DNA of 64,000 nucleotides from Schmidtea polychroa (Eukaryota), in NCBI GenBank assembly GCA_044892525.1, contig CM097886.1, positions 93,000,001 through 93,064,000 of the forward strand, given 5' to 3'. Both the position numbers and the translations under genes were made by a program. Every line of letters starts with the position of its first letter. Positions within the stretch are counted from its first letter, which is position 1. Below the pieces are notes generated by a model. It was given only the letters and a program-made list of their open reading frames with translations. It was not told the DNA's origin and made no database searches. Positions 47,990 through 61,439 of the stretch are shown here, one piece after another.

Positions 47990-48660
47990 TAAAGTACCAA
48001 AACTATAAATTATAAACCTAAAATCGTAAATTACTGAACATAAAACTATAAACTATAAATTAAAAACCTAAATTTCTAAATTGTAGACTATAAAAGTGTA
48101 AAGCATAATTATAAAGTCTAAAATATCGAATATAATATTATAAGTTATAAAACTATATAACTATGGGTTAAAAATCTAAATTCCTAAATTGTAGATTATA
48201 AAAGGACAAATCATAACTACAAAGTCTGAAATGTAAGATCGTAAAATGTTGAATATAAAATTATCACCTAAAAACTATATAACCATAAAGTAAAAATCTA
48301 AATTTCTAAATGGTAGACTATAACTGTATAAATCATAACCATCAAGTCTAAAATATAACATCGTAAAATATTGAATATAAAATTTAAACCATATAACCAT
48401 AAATTAAGAATCCAAATTCCTAAATGGTAGACTATGAAACTATAAATCTGAAAATATAAAATTAGGAAGTAGAAAATATAAAATTGTAAAATGTTAAATA
48501 AAAAATTTATAAATTATAAAGTGTATAACGAGAACTTATAAAGTATGAATTTATAAACTGTAAGATATAAAATTGGAAATTGTAGAACGAAAACCTGTAA
48601 AGTGCAAAATGTAACATTCTAACTCATAAAATATGAATCTCTAAATTCTGAAAGACAAAA
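47990..48660. repeat. Degenerate ~110-120-bp tandem repeat array running into an N gap
   Basis: Recurring AATTYCTAAATKGTAGAYTAT anchor at ~48071, 48179, 48301 and 48415. Confidence 0.75.
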
Positions 48661-49825
48661 TACGAATNNNNNNNNNNNNNNNNNNNNNNNNNNNNNNNNN
48701 NNNNNNNNNNNNNNNNNNNNNNNNNNNNNNNNNNNNNNNNNNNNNNNNNNNNNNNNNNNNNNNNNNNNNNNNNNNNNNNNNNNNNNNNNNNNNNNNNNNN
48801 NNNNNNNNNNNNNNNNNNNNNNNNNNNNNNNNNNNNNNNNNNNNNNNNNNNNNNNNNNNNNNNNTTGTTATCCTTGTTACCACCATTTTTACTGTTATGA
48901 TCATAATTAGTATTACTTACTAGGAAAGCAAAAATCAATTATTGATTTTTTTTTCTGATTTCCCATATCTAGATTTGGAGTCAATTCTTTTGCCCAATAA
49001 AAACGTTCCTAACCTAAAAAATCTATATTTAGCAACACCCCCCCCCAGAGAAACATTAAGGAAAAATTCAAGACTGGGATACGACCATCAAGAGTTTCCA
49101 GGAGACGGTGAGAATGACTCCGGCGAACCATGCAATTGAATAAATAAGCCATAATTCGCAGAGATTTACTTACGTACAGAATACAAATATTTCCGGAAAA
49201 TTTCCCAATTCTGCGAGTGATAAATTGCGGGTCCAAATCAAATATTGGGCATGAAATGACATTCCCTGGGAAGAATTATGGGAAGACTACTCCAAGCTAA
49301 CCTATTCCCTCTTACTCGATCAAGGTTCATAATAATATCACCTAAAAAAAAGGAATTAGAAAAATTAAATAAATTACTTGCATGTAGAGCAAACCACTCA
49401 TAACGAGCACAACTGAAGGAAAGGTAAGCAGACGAAGAGCTTAGTTCGTTGCTAGTACCTGTCGCTCCAGCGTGCCCCAATTTAGTGGCCTAGAAATGAC
49501 GATCTAAAAACCTCACATTTTATTAAAATATAAATTAAAATTCATAAATAGTAATTAAAATTACCACTTAGTGGTAAACAAAACTTTTGAATGTAAATGA
49601 TTAATTTAAACAAACGAATTTTGACGAAATTCCTTTTTTTGTTATCTAGTTGATAAAGTATGAGATCTTATTCTACTGTTCCTAGGATTATAAATGCTAG
49701 TTTTAAAATAAATGATTTTTTCTTTAACTTTGAATTTTTAAAAAAAGGAAAATGGATCAACAAAATCCCGTGTTTAACCTCGTAATACAATTTATATAAA
49801 GCGGCCTGATTGTTACTTTGTAGAA

Positions 49826-50191
49826 ATGTCCTACTCTGACAGCAGCAGCATCGAAGAAGACGATCGGCAGACGATCACCCGACTCCGTACCCGGTACATT
49901 TGGTACCACATCCATCGGTGGAGTCAGGGACGGGACCTGAATTGCGCAGATCGAGTGATCCGGCAAGGCCCCGAAGCAGATGCCCCGGCGTGGGTGAAGA
50001 CGGAGCCGGAGAACAACCGGTTGCAGGAAGCCCGCGATCAAGCGGCCTGGGACGTAGAAGCCGCTCAGATCCGGCTTAAGAAGATAGACTTGCAAATCAA
50101 GTCAGAAAGGGAGGGGGTGCCCCTAGAAGAGTTACAGGAAGCCGAGGTACCCCCGAGAAAGAGAGGGAGGCCCCGCAAGTATCAATTGTGA
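49826..50191 (+). CDS. ORF-A, 121 aa, acidic N-terminus and C-terminal AT-hook (PRKRGRPRK)
   Basis: Intact ORF with ATG two bases after a TTTGTAG acceptor; homologue at ~6.0-6.4 kb. Confidence 0.7.
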   Translation: MSYSDSSSIEEDDRQTITRLRTRYIWYHIHRWSQGRDLNCADRVIRQGPEADAPAWVKTEPENNRLQEARDQAAWDVEAAQIRLKKIDLQIKSEREGVPLEELQEAEVPPRKRGRPRKYQL

Positions 50192-50481
50192 TTAAGAGCC
50201 GACATTTGACTTACTTCAATAACTTCTTATTTATTGGGTGTGGCTTAATTAATGATCAATCTTGACTAATGTTTGTTGTTAAATAATAATTTCTTATTCA
50301 TTGGGTGTGTCTTAATTAATAACTACAATTGACTGGGGTTTATTATCAAATGAAGTGGTTTCTTTTTAAATTGAGTTGTAAGTAACAAGTATAACAATGT
50401 CCTAGCGACACATTATTAGTATTGATTAATCAGAAAACTCTTTTACCATGTGTAAAACTAATAACACCCTTTATGTTTTCA

Positions 50482-51003
50482 GTGTATAAGTTAATGGAAA
50501 ACCTGCGGAAGGATCGGGAGCAGGCCCAACAACAAGCAGACGAACTCCAGACCCGAGTAGATAAACTAAAAGGGAAATGTCGGGAGTTCGAGGGGACCTG
50601 GTTTAGTCCCGAAGCGATGAAAAGGAAAACCACCCAGATTCTCCAGCTGCAGACACAGGCCGCCCAGGATCAAATGGAGATTCGCGCCCTAAGATTGCAG
50701 GTGCGTGCGCTCGAAACCGAGCGGAACGAGCGGTTTGTGCAGGAATCCGCAGCAAGACAAATACGGCCGTTGACCGTTGAGCTCGCAACAATCTACCCGC
50801 CCGCCGCGGAAGGTAAACCCAAACGAAAGCGGCTCGGGCGGAACATTCGAGAAAAATTAAAGAAGGCCAGGCTGGCCGAGTACGAAAAGCAAGTGGACTC
50901 ATCGCAAACGTCTACGACGGGACTAATTGGCCCACCAACAAGCCGAGTTGAACTGTTATTCCGTTTTTGTAGTGTGTTTTGTATATTTGTAGTATTAAAA
51001 TAA
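50482..51003 (+). CDS. ORF-B (EGTWFSP subfamily) exon; 3' end probably not native
   Basis: TTTCAG|TGT acceptor conserved with the 5.6-kb copy; coiled coil followed by a basic KPKRKRLGR cluster. Confidence 0.6.
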   Translation: MYKLMENLRKDREQAQQQADELQTRVDKLKGKCREFEGTWFSPEAMKRKTTQILQLQTQAAQDQMEIRALRLQVRALETERNERFVQESAARQIRPLTVELATIYPPAAEGKPKRKRLGRNIREKLKKARLAEYEKQVDSSQTSTTGLIGPPTSRVELLFRFCSVFCIFVVLK

Positions 51004-51430
51004 TATTTTTTTTTGCTGATAAAATAATATATGTTTGGTAGCAGTAAAATGATGTCTGATATATTTATGATTGCCTGAGAAACGAGAGCTTGTGCGTAAG
51101 GTTGGGAAAACAATTTTGATAAGGGACCTAAGGAAATCGGACACAAACCTTCTAACGGTAGTCCGTGAACCCATGGAGTACTCGACGATTATAGTGCCTC
51201 GATGCGCTCACTTTTCGCGGGTACTCAACCCCTTGGTACAGTACCAACGTTGATTACTCAACGGGTACCAAGCGGAAACTAATGTTGTATTTTGGGTTAC
51301 GCTGGTAACAGCACTAAAGAGCAAAATATGTGATCATCAGTAACCCACCACTTGTTTTCACTTGAATCATTACTAATGAAGCATTTTTTTGGAAAAGCGC
51401 TTTTGCATTTGGTTAAAAACACTATAGAAA

Positions 51431-51699
51431 ATGGTTAAAGAAACTAAATATTATGATATTCTTGGAGTTCATCCTAATGTCTCAGAACAAGAATTAAAAA
51501 TTGCTTACCGTAAGCTTGCCCAAATACCACCCAGACAAAAACCCAGATACTGGTAATAAGTTCAAAGAAATATCACAAGTTTTGGATGATGCTAAGAATC
51601 GCCAGATTTACGACGAATGTGTAGGAACAAGCATTGAAAGAAGGTGGATGTGATTTTGGATTTCATAATCCAATGGAAATATTTGATGTGTTTTTTTGA
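51431..51699 (+). pseudogene. DNAJA: 5' fragment of a DnaJ class A (J-domain) gene, frameshifted
   Basis: [13 protein letters not shown]...AYRKLA...HPDKNP...FKEISQ; small deletions and stops; no intron seen. Confidence 0.85.
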
Positions 51700-51824
51700 T
51701 GTATGGACCTAGCAATTAGCTATACGTCATTAAACTCAACATCACCAAATCAATCTAATCAATTGAACATTGTGTGAATATTTACACTGTTATCTGATTA
51801 CTTAGTGTACAGAACTTTGTTTTA

Positions 51825-52061
51825 CCTCTTAAGTGGTTTATTTCGTCAAACGAAATGCGCTCATCAGCGCCGAGTTTTGTTATCCGCTAGCGTATATATA
51901 CGTCTTGGGCATAGTGTTACCAAAAATAAAATAATATCTTATTGGATGATATTTATTAAGATAATATGTTAACAAAAGTAATATTAATATTTTTAACATA
52001 TTTTCTCAATTTCGGTCAATTTAGTTGATGACGTATATATACGTCATAGCCACTTAAGAGG
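51825..52061. mobile_element. piggyBac-type MITE
   Basis: 12-bp TIR CCTCTTAAGTGG, with TTAA on the right and TTTA on the left. Confidence 0.6.
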
Positions 52062-53386
52062 TTAACATGATATAAAACTTTAACGATATTTTTCTATTTG
52101 TGCTTGTAATTCATGTTATCCGTTTTAGTTTTATTTTTTATTTTTATGGTTGCAAATGGTTTTTTGTTTGCCGCTTTAATTTTCGGAACGAAAATCTTGT
52201 TAGGAGTAAGACATGTTGGGGTTCTTTAGGAATCAGGGAAAAGAAGAATAATAGAAATAGGATTTTTTAGATAATAAGAATAATAAATTATAAATAGTAA
52301 TTAAATATTACTATTTATAGAAATAAAAAATTAAAATATTACTAAAACTAGAGTGGATATATATTATTGTAAATCGTTTACTTTTGAACCCTTCTGAGTT
52401 CTCAGACTAAGAAAACGTATTTTATAATCTGATTAGGTGCTATTCGTTTTTTTTACTTGGTACGGCCCAAATATTAATTGGATTTAATTTACCCGAACTA
52501 AAATCATTAATATTTCATTAATATTTAGTCTGTTCTTTAGATAAATAAAATAAAAAATAGTAAATAAAAATTACTATATTTAGAAAATAAATAAAAATAA
52601 GTATATATATAGTAATTAGACAATTACTATAGAATAAGTTATTATTGGATAAAATAAATATAGATAAGAATTTTAGTTAAATGACGACAATTGAGACAAA
52701 CATAGTGAGAAAACCAAATCGCATCGATACAAATATCAACCTATTAGAAAGGAAGAAAAATTAGTTTAAGAAAATTCTGTGGAAGAAGAAATTCCAGACA
52801 AGCAAAATCTAGATATATAATAGTAATCGATTTGAATTTATAGTGTTGCTAAATAGAACCATTTCGGGTTTATAGCGATATTTAGGAAGATTTATCGGAA
52901 TAATATAAGTTGGATATTTATTAACAATTGGAATTCACTGGAAAAGAGTAGCCGTAAATATTATAAATTTTTAAGCATACGTTATTGTAAAGAGTAATGA
53001 AAATTTTGCAATGGCACAAGCGTCAGCTTACGTTTCTTTTAAAATGTCATTTCTCACAAGTATCAACCAATTTTCTGGGTTGATACTATCGCGCAATATT
53101 CGGGAAAACTACCCTAATCTTTGTCTCTTCACCTATATCGGGCTGTTGCGCTTTTAGGGCCAACCTTGATTCTTAGAAATAACTTTTAGGGCGGTTTGTA
53201 TAACCGTTGTCTACTCTTTAGTAAGCAACCAGTTTTTGTTGAACAAGTTAAATAACTTTGTAAAAGTTATTTAATTAGAAAAATAAATATTTAAAACCAT
53301 ATTGTTATTTATTTATTTTGTTATCTAGACTCATTATTATTTGCAGTCAAAACGATAAAATTGTGTTAGTTCGAATAACAACGAAC

Positions 53387-56055
53387 CAGTGCTGGACTGG
53401 TCCACTAAGATACCGGGAATACAATCAAGTTCTTTATTTTTTTTAATGAAATTAAATTAAATTTTTACAATTGTTATTTCTTTCTATTTCTATTTAACTC
53501 AATGGTTGATTAACGAGACAACAGAATAAACATGTTGATGACGTGAGTAGAAGTGTTGAATTGTAAATGAGAAGTTTTGTCGTTTCTGTCGCAGCACCAC
53601 ATAATACATAAGTCTCAAGCAAAGAATTCTTCATTGACCATGAATCTGGCGTGTTTATGTGTTTTCGTATTATATGGCAGCGCTGTTTACATGGCAGTTA
53701 TGGTATCACAGCTCATTCAAGTTTCAACGGTAGAGTGGATATATATTATTGTAAATCGTTTAGTCTTGAACCCTTCTGAGTTCTCAGACTAAGAAAACGC
53801 ATTTTATAATCTGATTAGGTGCTATTCAACTATTTTTAAGGTTTTTATATATTCGTTTTTTTACTTGTTACGGCGGCTGGCCCTCGATTTATAGGCCCCT
53901 ACACGCTCAAGTATTAATTGGATTTAATTTACCCGAACTAAAATCATTAATATTTCAAATCAATACGATTTAGATGAGAACCTTTAAACATGAATACAGC
54001 ACTTCTCTTTTTATAATTATCAGAACAAACTGTATCAACTTTTCAGTATTTAGTGATCAACAAAATTTTGATCTCATTCTTGTTTAGTTTATGTGCATAG
54101 GTATTGGATTCGAATGTCCAGGTTATTTGCTCATTGCTGATTTAAAATAAAATTCCTAGTTATTATTCTTTGTTTATTATTCGTGGGCTGAAAATTATTA
54201 ATCAATTAATAAATTAAATATAGTAATATACAATACTCTTTATCCAGAATATCAACAAAACGAAAAAGTGGTTGGGATAAGATAAAAATTAAAAGGCAAA
54301 ATCTAATGAAAATTGAAGGAGAAAAATGTTACAAATTATCAGGCATGTTTGGAATTTAAAGTTCTAAAGAAACTTTGGAAGCCTTGCCAAGTACTTCCTA
54401 AAGTCATGATACCGATCAAACAGATAAATATGGTTAAATGCATGGTTAAATCAAGTTTCACAAAATCAAGTTCATACTTGGTGTTATGCACATTAATTTA
54501 AATTAGTTATTACGGATATCACACAAAAGACAAAAGAAACCATCTCACTATTTGATATCTTAAATACATGTGTGGTTTTTTTTAAAGAATCTTATAAACG
54601 ACTCAACGTATGGCGAGAATTTAGTAAATTTAAATTTATTTCTACTATTAGAGAAACACGTCGGTGGGCCAAAGATAAGACATTAAGTAAAATGTTTTGT
54701 ACATTTAATAGTACATCTGGAATTATATTTTTCGTCGATGTTCTGCAGATTTTCTATGTAATCTCTATATCCGAAAAGTTTAGCAACGAAATTAGACATC
54801 GAGTAAACACTTTTTGACCGCGTTTCTAAAATTTGATATTATTTTAACATGTCAAATATTTTTACGAATATTTGAAGAAACAACACCTTTGTCATCATAC
54901 TTTCAAACATCAGGTATAGATATTGCAATTGTATTTGGTATGGTAAAAAATAAAACTGAAAATCTTTTTAAAATACAAAGAGGTTTTGATACTGTATTTC
55001 AAGCAGAAGTAAATTTTGCATTGACTGCAAACAAAGAATTAGACAAAAGTAAAATCGAAATTCAAATTGAAACAATATTATGTCAAACAAATAAAAGAAA
55101 TAGAACGTATAATTCTAACGATAGATTTCGTATAAGTGAATATAATGTTATAATGGATGCAGTCACCAGTAACACGAATGAACGATTTTTAAAAAATGAT
55201 GATATATTCTATTTAGATCAAAATAATTTCCCAAAAATTTCAAGTATTAATATACCTAGTCACATTTTTGAACCTTTAACCAATTTAATAAATCAAAAAT
55301 TAAAAAAAATATAATGAAGGAAATTTTAAAAGCTGAACTAACAGATTTTCAAAATAAGTGGAAAATTGTTATAGAAGATAGAATTGAATTGTTTTGTGAT
55401 GAAGATGGTGAAGAGATTAATACAGTAAGATCATGCAAATCATGCAGAATTTGTACTGAATACTGTTATACAGTTTTGCAAAAATTTCATCTGGATACAC
55501 TAGCATACTCAAATTTATTTTTAGCGTACAAATTTTTTATTACTTTATCATTAACACAAGTATCTTTTTTTTTGTTTAAGTCAAAAACATTTGGAAGTAT
55601 TTATGCTCATGGTATGTGAAAAAGATATTCTAAATAACATTGACAATAATAGAGTAATTGATATAATGAGAGAAAAAAGTGAAATTTTAAAAAAACTTGT
55701 TTAATTAATAATATTTATTTAATTTATTAAAAAGTGCTTGAAGACTATAAATCAGTAAATATATCAAAAACATCGATATACTTACTGATTTATAGTCTTC
55801 AAGCTCTTTTTAATAAATTCAATGGAAAAAGAAATCAGTGGTGAAATTGGTAAAAAAAATCTTATAATTTATTTAATTATTTTTAATTACTTAATTTTGA
55901 TTTTTGTTGCAATTAATAAAAATTCTTTTTTTATTATTTTAATAAATATGTTTTGTAAATTATTAATGTACTTTTTTGAAATTTTCTTTTATAAAATTTA
56001 ATATTGTGGCCTACGTCATCGTTATTTTTTGGGTCTAAATGTGTTGCCAGTCAAG

Positions 56056-56060
<5 letters not shown>
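53387..56060 (+). mobile_element. Decayed hAT DNA transposon with transposase remnants at ~54300-55700
   Basis: HTWCYAH (CxxH motif), ETRRWAKD and FITLSLTQVS dimerisation-domain start; TIR-like CAGTGCTGGACTGG / TAGGGCTTGACTGG; no TSD found. A subterminal segment is duplicated at ~52350-52520. Confidence 0.75.
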
Positions 56061-56119
<59 letters not shown>

Positions 56120-56769
56120 AATTAAGAAATTAAATAATACATTTCTTATTATTGATTTAACTTCGTCCTAACGACAATACACAATAATGATTCAATAAAT
56201 TCCAGACTATTATCAAAACCAGCAACTTCACAACCACCAACCTCCAATACAACGACAAAAGCAAAGTGTTTTTAAGCATGTGTAGTGAGCAAAACAAACA
56301 CTATTTTAGGTTATATTAGATATGAACTAGCCAACTGTGCGTAAAAGTCCCAGTGGAGTGCTACGCAGCCGATCGGCGCCCCAAAAATCGATATTTTCGA
56401 GAGTTTTGAAGGGCATCGACACGGCGCCCACGAATAGAATAAATTAATTAATTCGTGTAGTAGCACGCTCTTTTCTCATGAGCATTCACACACGAGACAC
56501 ATTACCAACGTTGATTTCTCAATGATTGTCGGATGATAAAACAACTTTGTATTCTGTGTTAAACTGGAAATAGCTCGAAAAGGTAATGTGGACTACCTGA
56601 AACCACCAGAAATTCCACAACCATAAACATCATCTCGTAGCTTTTTAAGTCTTAATTCAAAAATTGCAAACCGTAAATTTTGTTCTTGATTTATTTTATT
56701 GCAGCCAACATGTTTTTGAAATTTTCTATTACAAATTCTTCATTCCAGAATAACTTGTAACACTAAAGT

Positions 56770-57210
56770 TGCTATAGTTTTTAATTTTTATTTGTTTCTT
56801 TAAAAAAATTTTTTTCTATTTAATTTTTCCTTTAAATTTTATATTTTCAATAATTGATTTATTTATTTAACGCCTCTGGGTGAAAATTTTTAAATTTTCG
56901 TTTTATTAATATTTTTGGGCTGCGTAGGAAATAATTTGAACAGTTATTATTTCAGTATCTTTAACATTTTTCGTGATAATATTTTTGTAGAACTCTTAAT
57001 TTAATTTTTAAAAATATTTATTTTCTGATTTGTACTTTATCAATTAAAAAAAAATTAATTAAAATAATTTTTAACATTGAATATTTTTATCATCACAAGG
57101 TTTTACCTAAACACTGTTGCTTTATACTATAAAATTCGTACCATTTAAATTTTACATGTTTACAATTTGTGATGCTGTGTACTTTGTTTTACTCAATGTG
57201 TTATTGTTGC
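56770..57210. repeat. Dispersed AT-rich repeat; a second copy at ~61850-62200 continues at ~63270-63340 after a ~1-kb insertion
   Basis: Shared TTAACGCCTCT..GAAAATTTTTAA...TGCGTAGGAAATAA...CAGTATCTTTAACATTTTTCGT blocks. Confidence 0.75.
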
Positions 57211-57627
57211 ATCAAAATTTCGTGTTTAGTCTTAACCTATTTTAAAAAATTCTATTTTTTTGACAATTTATATATATACTAAAACATAATTTAAGTAATG
57301 TGCTCTTAATGCTTATAATAACAGTTAATTTCCAATTTATTTTAAAAGAACTAGAAAACAATTCTAATTAAATTGCCACATAACATTGATAAAATGTTTT
57401 AAACTTAATGAAAGCCAGTCCTTAAAAATTTTAAATTATTGCAGTTTTTTAAAATAACTTTTAAAAATCTATCAATTGACAATGTTTTAGCACACAAATT
57501 ATCATCACTATTTAAATTTAAAACACATGAATTATATTTAAATTTATTTACTGAATTTGTTTACTAATTTATTGATTTTTTAAAAATAAAGTTTGTTTAA
57601 ATATCCAAGACTGTTGTCGATCGTAAA

Positions 57628-60274
57628 ATGAAATTTGTTGTCAGATCAATTCAATTAAAAAATTCTAATCCTGTAAAAAAATCAGCGAAACCTAAAGTTA
57701 GAATTGAAAGACAATTTTTAAAATATAATTTTTAAATAGGCTGTAAGTAAAAAAGTTAATAAAAAATTCGTCGGAGGAGTGAGAGATAATCGAAAGTATA
57801 TCAATGACAGTACTCTATCCGAAGCCGAAAAAATTTCTCGCCGAATAGCACTTGAAAAGATGGTAAAATTTTTAACTTGAACAAGTTTCTATTTAATTAT
57901 ATGTAGAAAAGAAATGGAAACCTTAATAAGAATAAAAAACAATTGTTCTTAAAAGATAATGAAAATGACAATTTAGAAGAAGATAACTTTTTTATAAAAG
58001 CCAAACAAATAGATGGTCTCGACGAAGGTTTAGATGAATCATCTGAAGATGAACCAACCGAACAAGACACAGAAAAGTATTTTTCCAACACCAAAAAAAC
58101 TTTAGCCGATAAAATTCACGAATCAAAAATCGAAAGAAACGAAAAAACCGAACAAAACACAGCTGATGTCGACTTTACCATTGAAGCTAATAAAAAATTC
58201 AGAGATGAAATTCGTTTCAAACTTCCTAAATTGGCGGCAAAACTCATTTCGAAAACTGTTCCCACAAATTCCAAGTTCGATTACAATTCAATTTTTCAAA
58301 AGAATTTCGAAACTTTGATATATGCCGAAAGACCGCAAAAAGTCGATTTGAAAACAATTAATGTGAAACCTCTCAGCGAGAAAGAAAATGACAAATTGGT
58401 GGAAATGAAAATCAAAAAATTAAGAGATCGTTTAGTTAAAGAAGGCATTCATAACAAGGATGAAAATGGTATTGAAACCGAGTCGGATTTAAGTAACAAA
58501 GAAGATGAAGAAGTATCGAATGAAGGAAGCGAAGGAGAAGAAATATCAAATGAAGAGAGTGATGGAGAAGAATTATCAAATGAAGAAAGCGATGGAGAAG
58601 AAATATCAAATGAAGGAAGCGATGGAGAAGAAATATCAAATGAAGAAAGCGAAGGAGAATCATCAGGCTTTGAGGGGGATATCAAAGAACCTGTAGATAA
58701 TAACGCGAATCCAAAGGAGGCTTTGGAGAGTTTAAAAGAGTAATTTTTGTGCTTAATAGAAAAAATGTAAATCAACAATTAAGGATAATAACGAAATCGA
58801 GCAAATGCAATAAGAGGAAACTGGAGGATGCAAATGAAGATAAAGATACGAAACGAATGCGATCTGAGATACGGAAAACTGAATACGACTGTTTTAGAGT
58901 CATTATGGAAATGCCAGAGTACAAAAAAGACGTATTGAACGTTTTATCGAATCAGATGAATCCATTTGGCGTGAAGGAAGATGATTACAAGAAGAAACTT
59001 ATATTGGCGATCCTGTTGCAAGAAGTACTGAAGAAAAATATACCAAATTGTTACTCGCCGGAATTAATCGTAATGATCAAATTCCTATGTGAATGTTCAA
59101 CGGCAGAATCAACAACTTGGCTATCGATTAAATCAGATCTTACGCGTGTAACCAGGTAATTAATTAGTTCATTTTAATTTATTTTATAATTAATCTTACT
59201 ATTTCGAATTTGATAAAAAAAATTAAAAAAAATCATTTATTAAAAATAATTAATTTTTTATTTAATTAATATAAATAATAAATTTAAAAAAATATAATCG
59301 AATTTATTTAAAAATTTATTAATGAAATTTTTAATTAGAAATATTTTATTTAATTAATTAAAATTATTTAATTTAATTTTAATAAAAAATTTATTTGGAA
59401 AATCATTTGTTATAAATAGTTAATTTTTTATTAAATTAATATAATTAATAATTATTATAAAAGAATATTCGAATTTATTTAACATATTTAATTAATATTT
59501 TTTTAAACTTTCTACGTTTTAAATTTATATTAAAGTTATTAATTAATTATTTATTAATTTTATTAAAAACAAAATTATTAAATAAATAATTATTTGTAAT
59601 TTTAATAATTATTAAAATTAAATCGAATTTATTTGAAAAAATATTATTTGAGCAATTTTTTATTAAAATTAATTAATTAATCAAATTTTATTTAAAAGTT
59701 ATTAATTAATAAATAAAATTTTAATTAATTAATAACAATTTAATTAGTTAATAAAAATAATTTCAGTGATAAAATAATAAGAATTTCTGACAGTCCAAAT
59801 AGTGAGAAATCTCTTGATGCAATTTCTATGTTGTATCATATTTTAAATCTCCTAATTTCCGTAATATTGATCAATAGAGATATTGCAAACAGACATTCTC
59901 TGTTTGGGAAATTTTTGCCTATTTTCCAGCAATTTCCCACTCAATTCTATCCGGATTGGTTGAGAGAGAAATTGAATGAAGTTACCCACCAAATTGAGGT
60001 TATCTTATCAGAACCGATTCCGATTTTGCGCATGAGGAAAAATATGAAAATAGTGGAACTACTGGAACCGGATCTCGAGGAAGATTTTGATCGGTCTAAG
60101 AATATTACAAAATCTTTGAAAAACAATATCAAAAAGGAAAGGAAATCGATTAAAAAGGTAATGAAGTTGAATGCCAAGGAGGCATTTGTGAGAGAAGTGG
60201 AAGAAGATAGGAAATTGTCGAAATTCAGAAATGAGAAAACAAAGGAAATATTGAATTCTATCAGGCAGAAATAA
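57628..60274 (+). CDS. NOP14: Divergent NOP14-like nucleolar protein, multi-exon host gene
   Basis: N-terminal GGVRDNR...LSEAEKISRRIALEK and C-terminal LEPDLEEDFD...IKKERK...KTKEI match NOP14 patterns by eye; acidic repeats; in-frame 44-nt introns at 57863-57906 and 58740-58783. Confidence 0.65.
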
Positions 60275-60789
60275 ATATTTGTTTTTTCCTTCTTGGCAAT
60301 TTATTATTTGTGTTGAGAATTTTTATTTAAACATATAAACTACTCATATTTTAATAAGTAGCCAAGTCAGGTGTTTTTTATCTGGCTTTTATTTGGGGGG
60401 CAAGTATATTTTGTGAATTATATTATCCTGCCACTTCCCGAATGAATGTATAACGCGAGTTTGGTAATTAATTAATGTTTTAATATTTAGGATCGATATT
60501 CTATTTTGTTTCCATTTTGGCAATTTATTATTTGTGTTGAGAATTTTTATTTAAACATATAAACTACTCATTTTAATAAGTAGCTAATTCAGGTGTTTAA
60601 TTCAGGCTTTTATTTTGGGGGCACCAAGTGTATTTTGTGTTTCAATAAATTGCTAACGTGGAATTATATTATCCTGCCACTTCCAGAATGCATGGATAAC
60701 GCGAGCTTGGAAAATTGTTTTGTTGTTTTAATATTTAGGATTGAAATTGGGATATAATTGCCCGATTTAGATCAAATTCCCAGTTAGCC

Positions 60790-61410
60790 GATGGGTACAA
60801 AATGCATAACATTTGAAAACTTCATAAATCACGATTTTATTAGGTTTAGCAATACGGATAATGAGAGAAGTATTCCTTGTATAATGGATGGATTGAAACC
60901 GAGTTAAAGAAAAGTGTTATTTGCTTGTTTAAAAAGGAACTTAGTGAAGGATTTAAAAGTTGACCAATTAGCTGGCTCAGTAGCTGAATTTTCAACATAT
61001 CATTATGGTTTATCATCTTTGATGTCAACAATAATTAATTTGGCTCAAGATTTCATCGGTAGCAACAACATCAATCTTTTGATGCCAAATGGTCTATTCG
61101 GTATTCGATTACATCTGTACTCAATTAAATAAATTTGACAAAATTAATATTCCACCATAAAGGTGAGGCTATTTTGAAACATCTGTCAGATGACAATCAA
61201 CTTATTGAACCAAAATGGTATGCGCCAATTATTCCAATGGTGTTAATTAATGGTTGTGACAGTATCGAGACGGGATGGAGTAGTAAAATTCCTAATTTCA
61301 ACCCCAAAGACGTAATAGATAATTTAAAGCTGATGATTAATGGTGAAACTCCAGTGAAAATGCATCCACGGTATCGTAATTTTACCGGCGCTTTTTGAGC
61401 AGATATTAAC
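60790..61410 (+). pseudogene. TOP2: Type II topoisomerase cleavage-core fragment
   Basis: SNTDNERSIPCIMDGLKPS*RKVLF, NLAQDFIGSNNINLL and IIPMVLING motifs; the segment carrying the catalytic Tyr is deleted. Confidence 0.9.
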
Positions 61411-61439
61411 CTCAACTAATTTCATAAAACAAACTACCT

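Larger units (their letters stand above)
46167..51003 (+). mobile_element. LTR-like element of the ORF-A + ORF-B subfamily; 3' end not found
   Basis: TGTTGGGCTAG start; homologous to the 31138 element; contains ORF-A and ORF-B. Confidence 0.65.

Noticed and set aside
58740-58759. Apparent 20-nt ultra-short intron in the NOP14-like gene
   Set aside because: A downstream acceptor at 58783 gives an in-frame 44-nt intron, matching the host's recurrent size.
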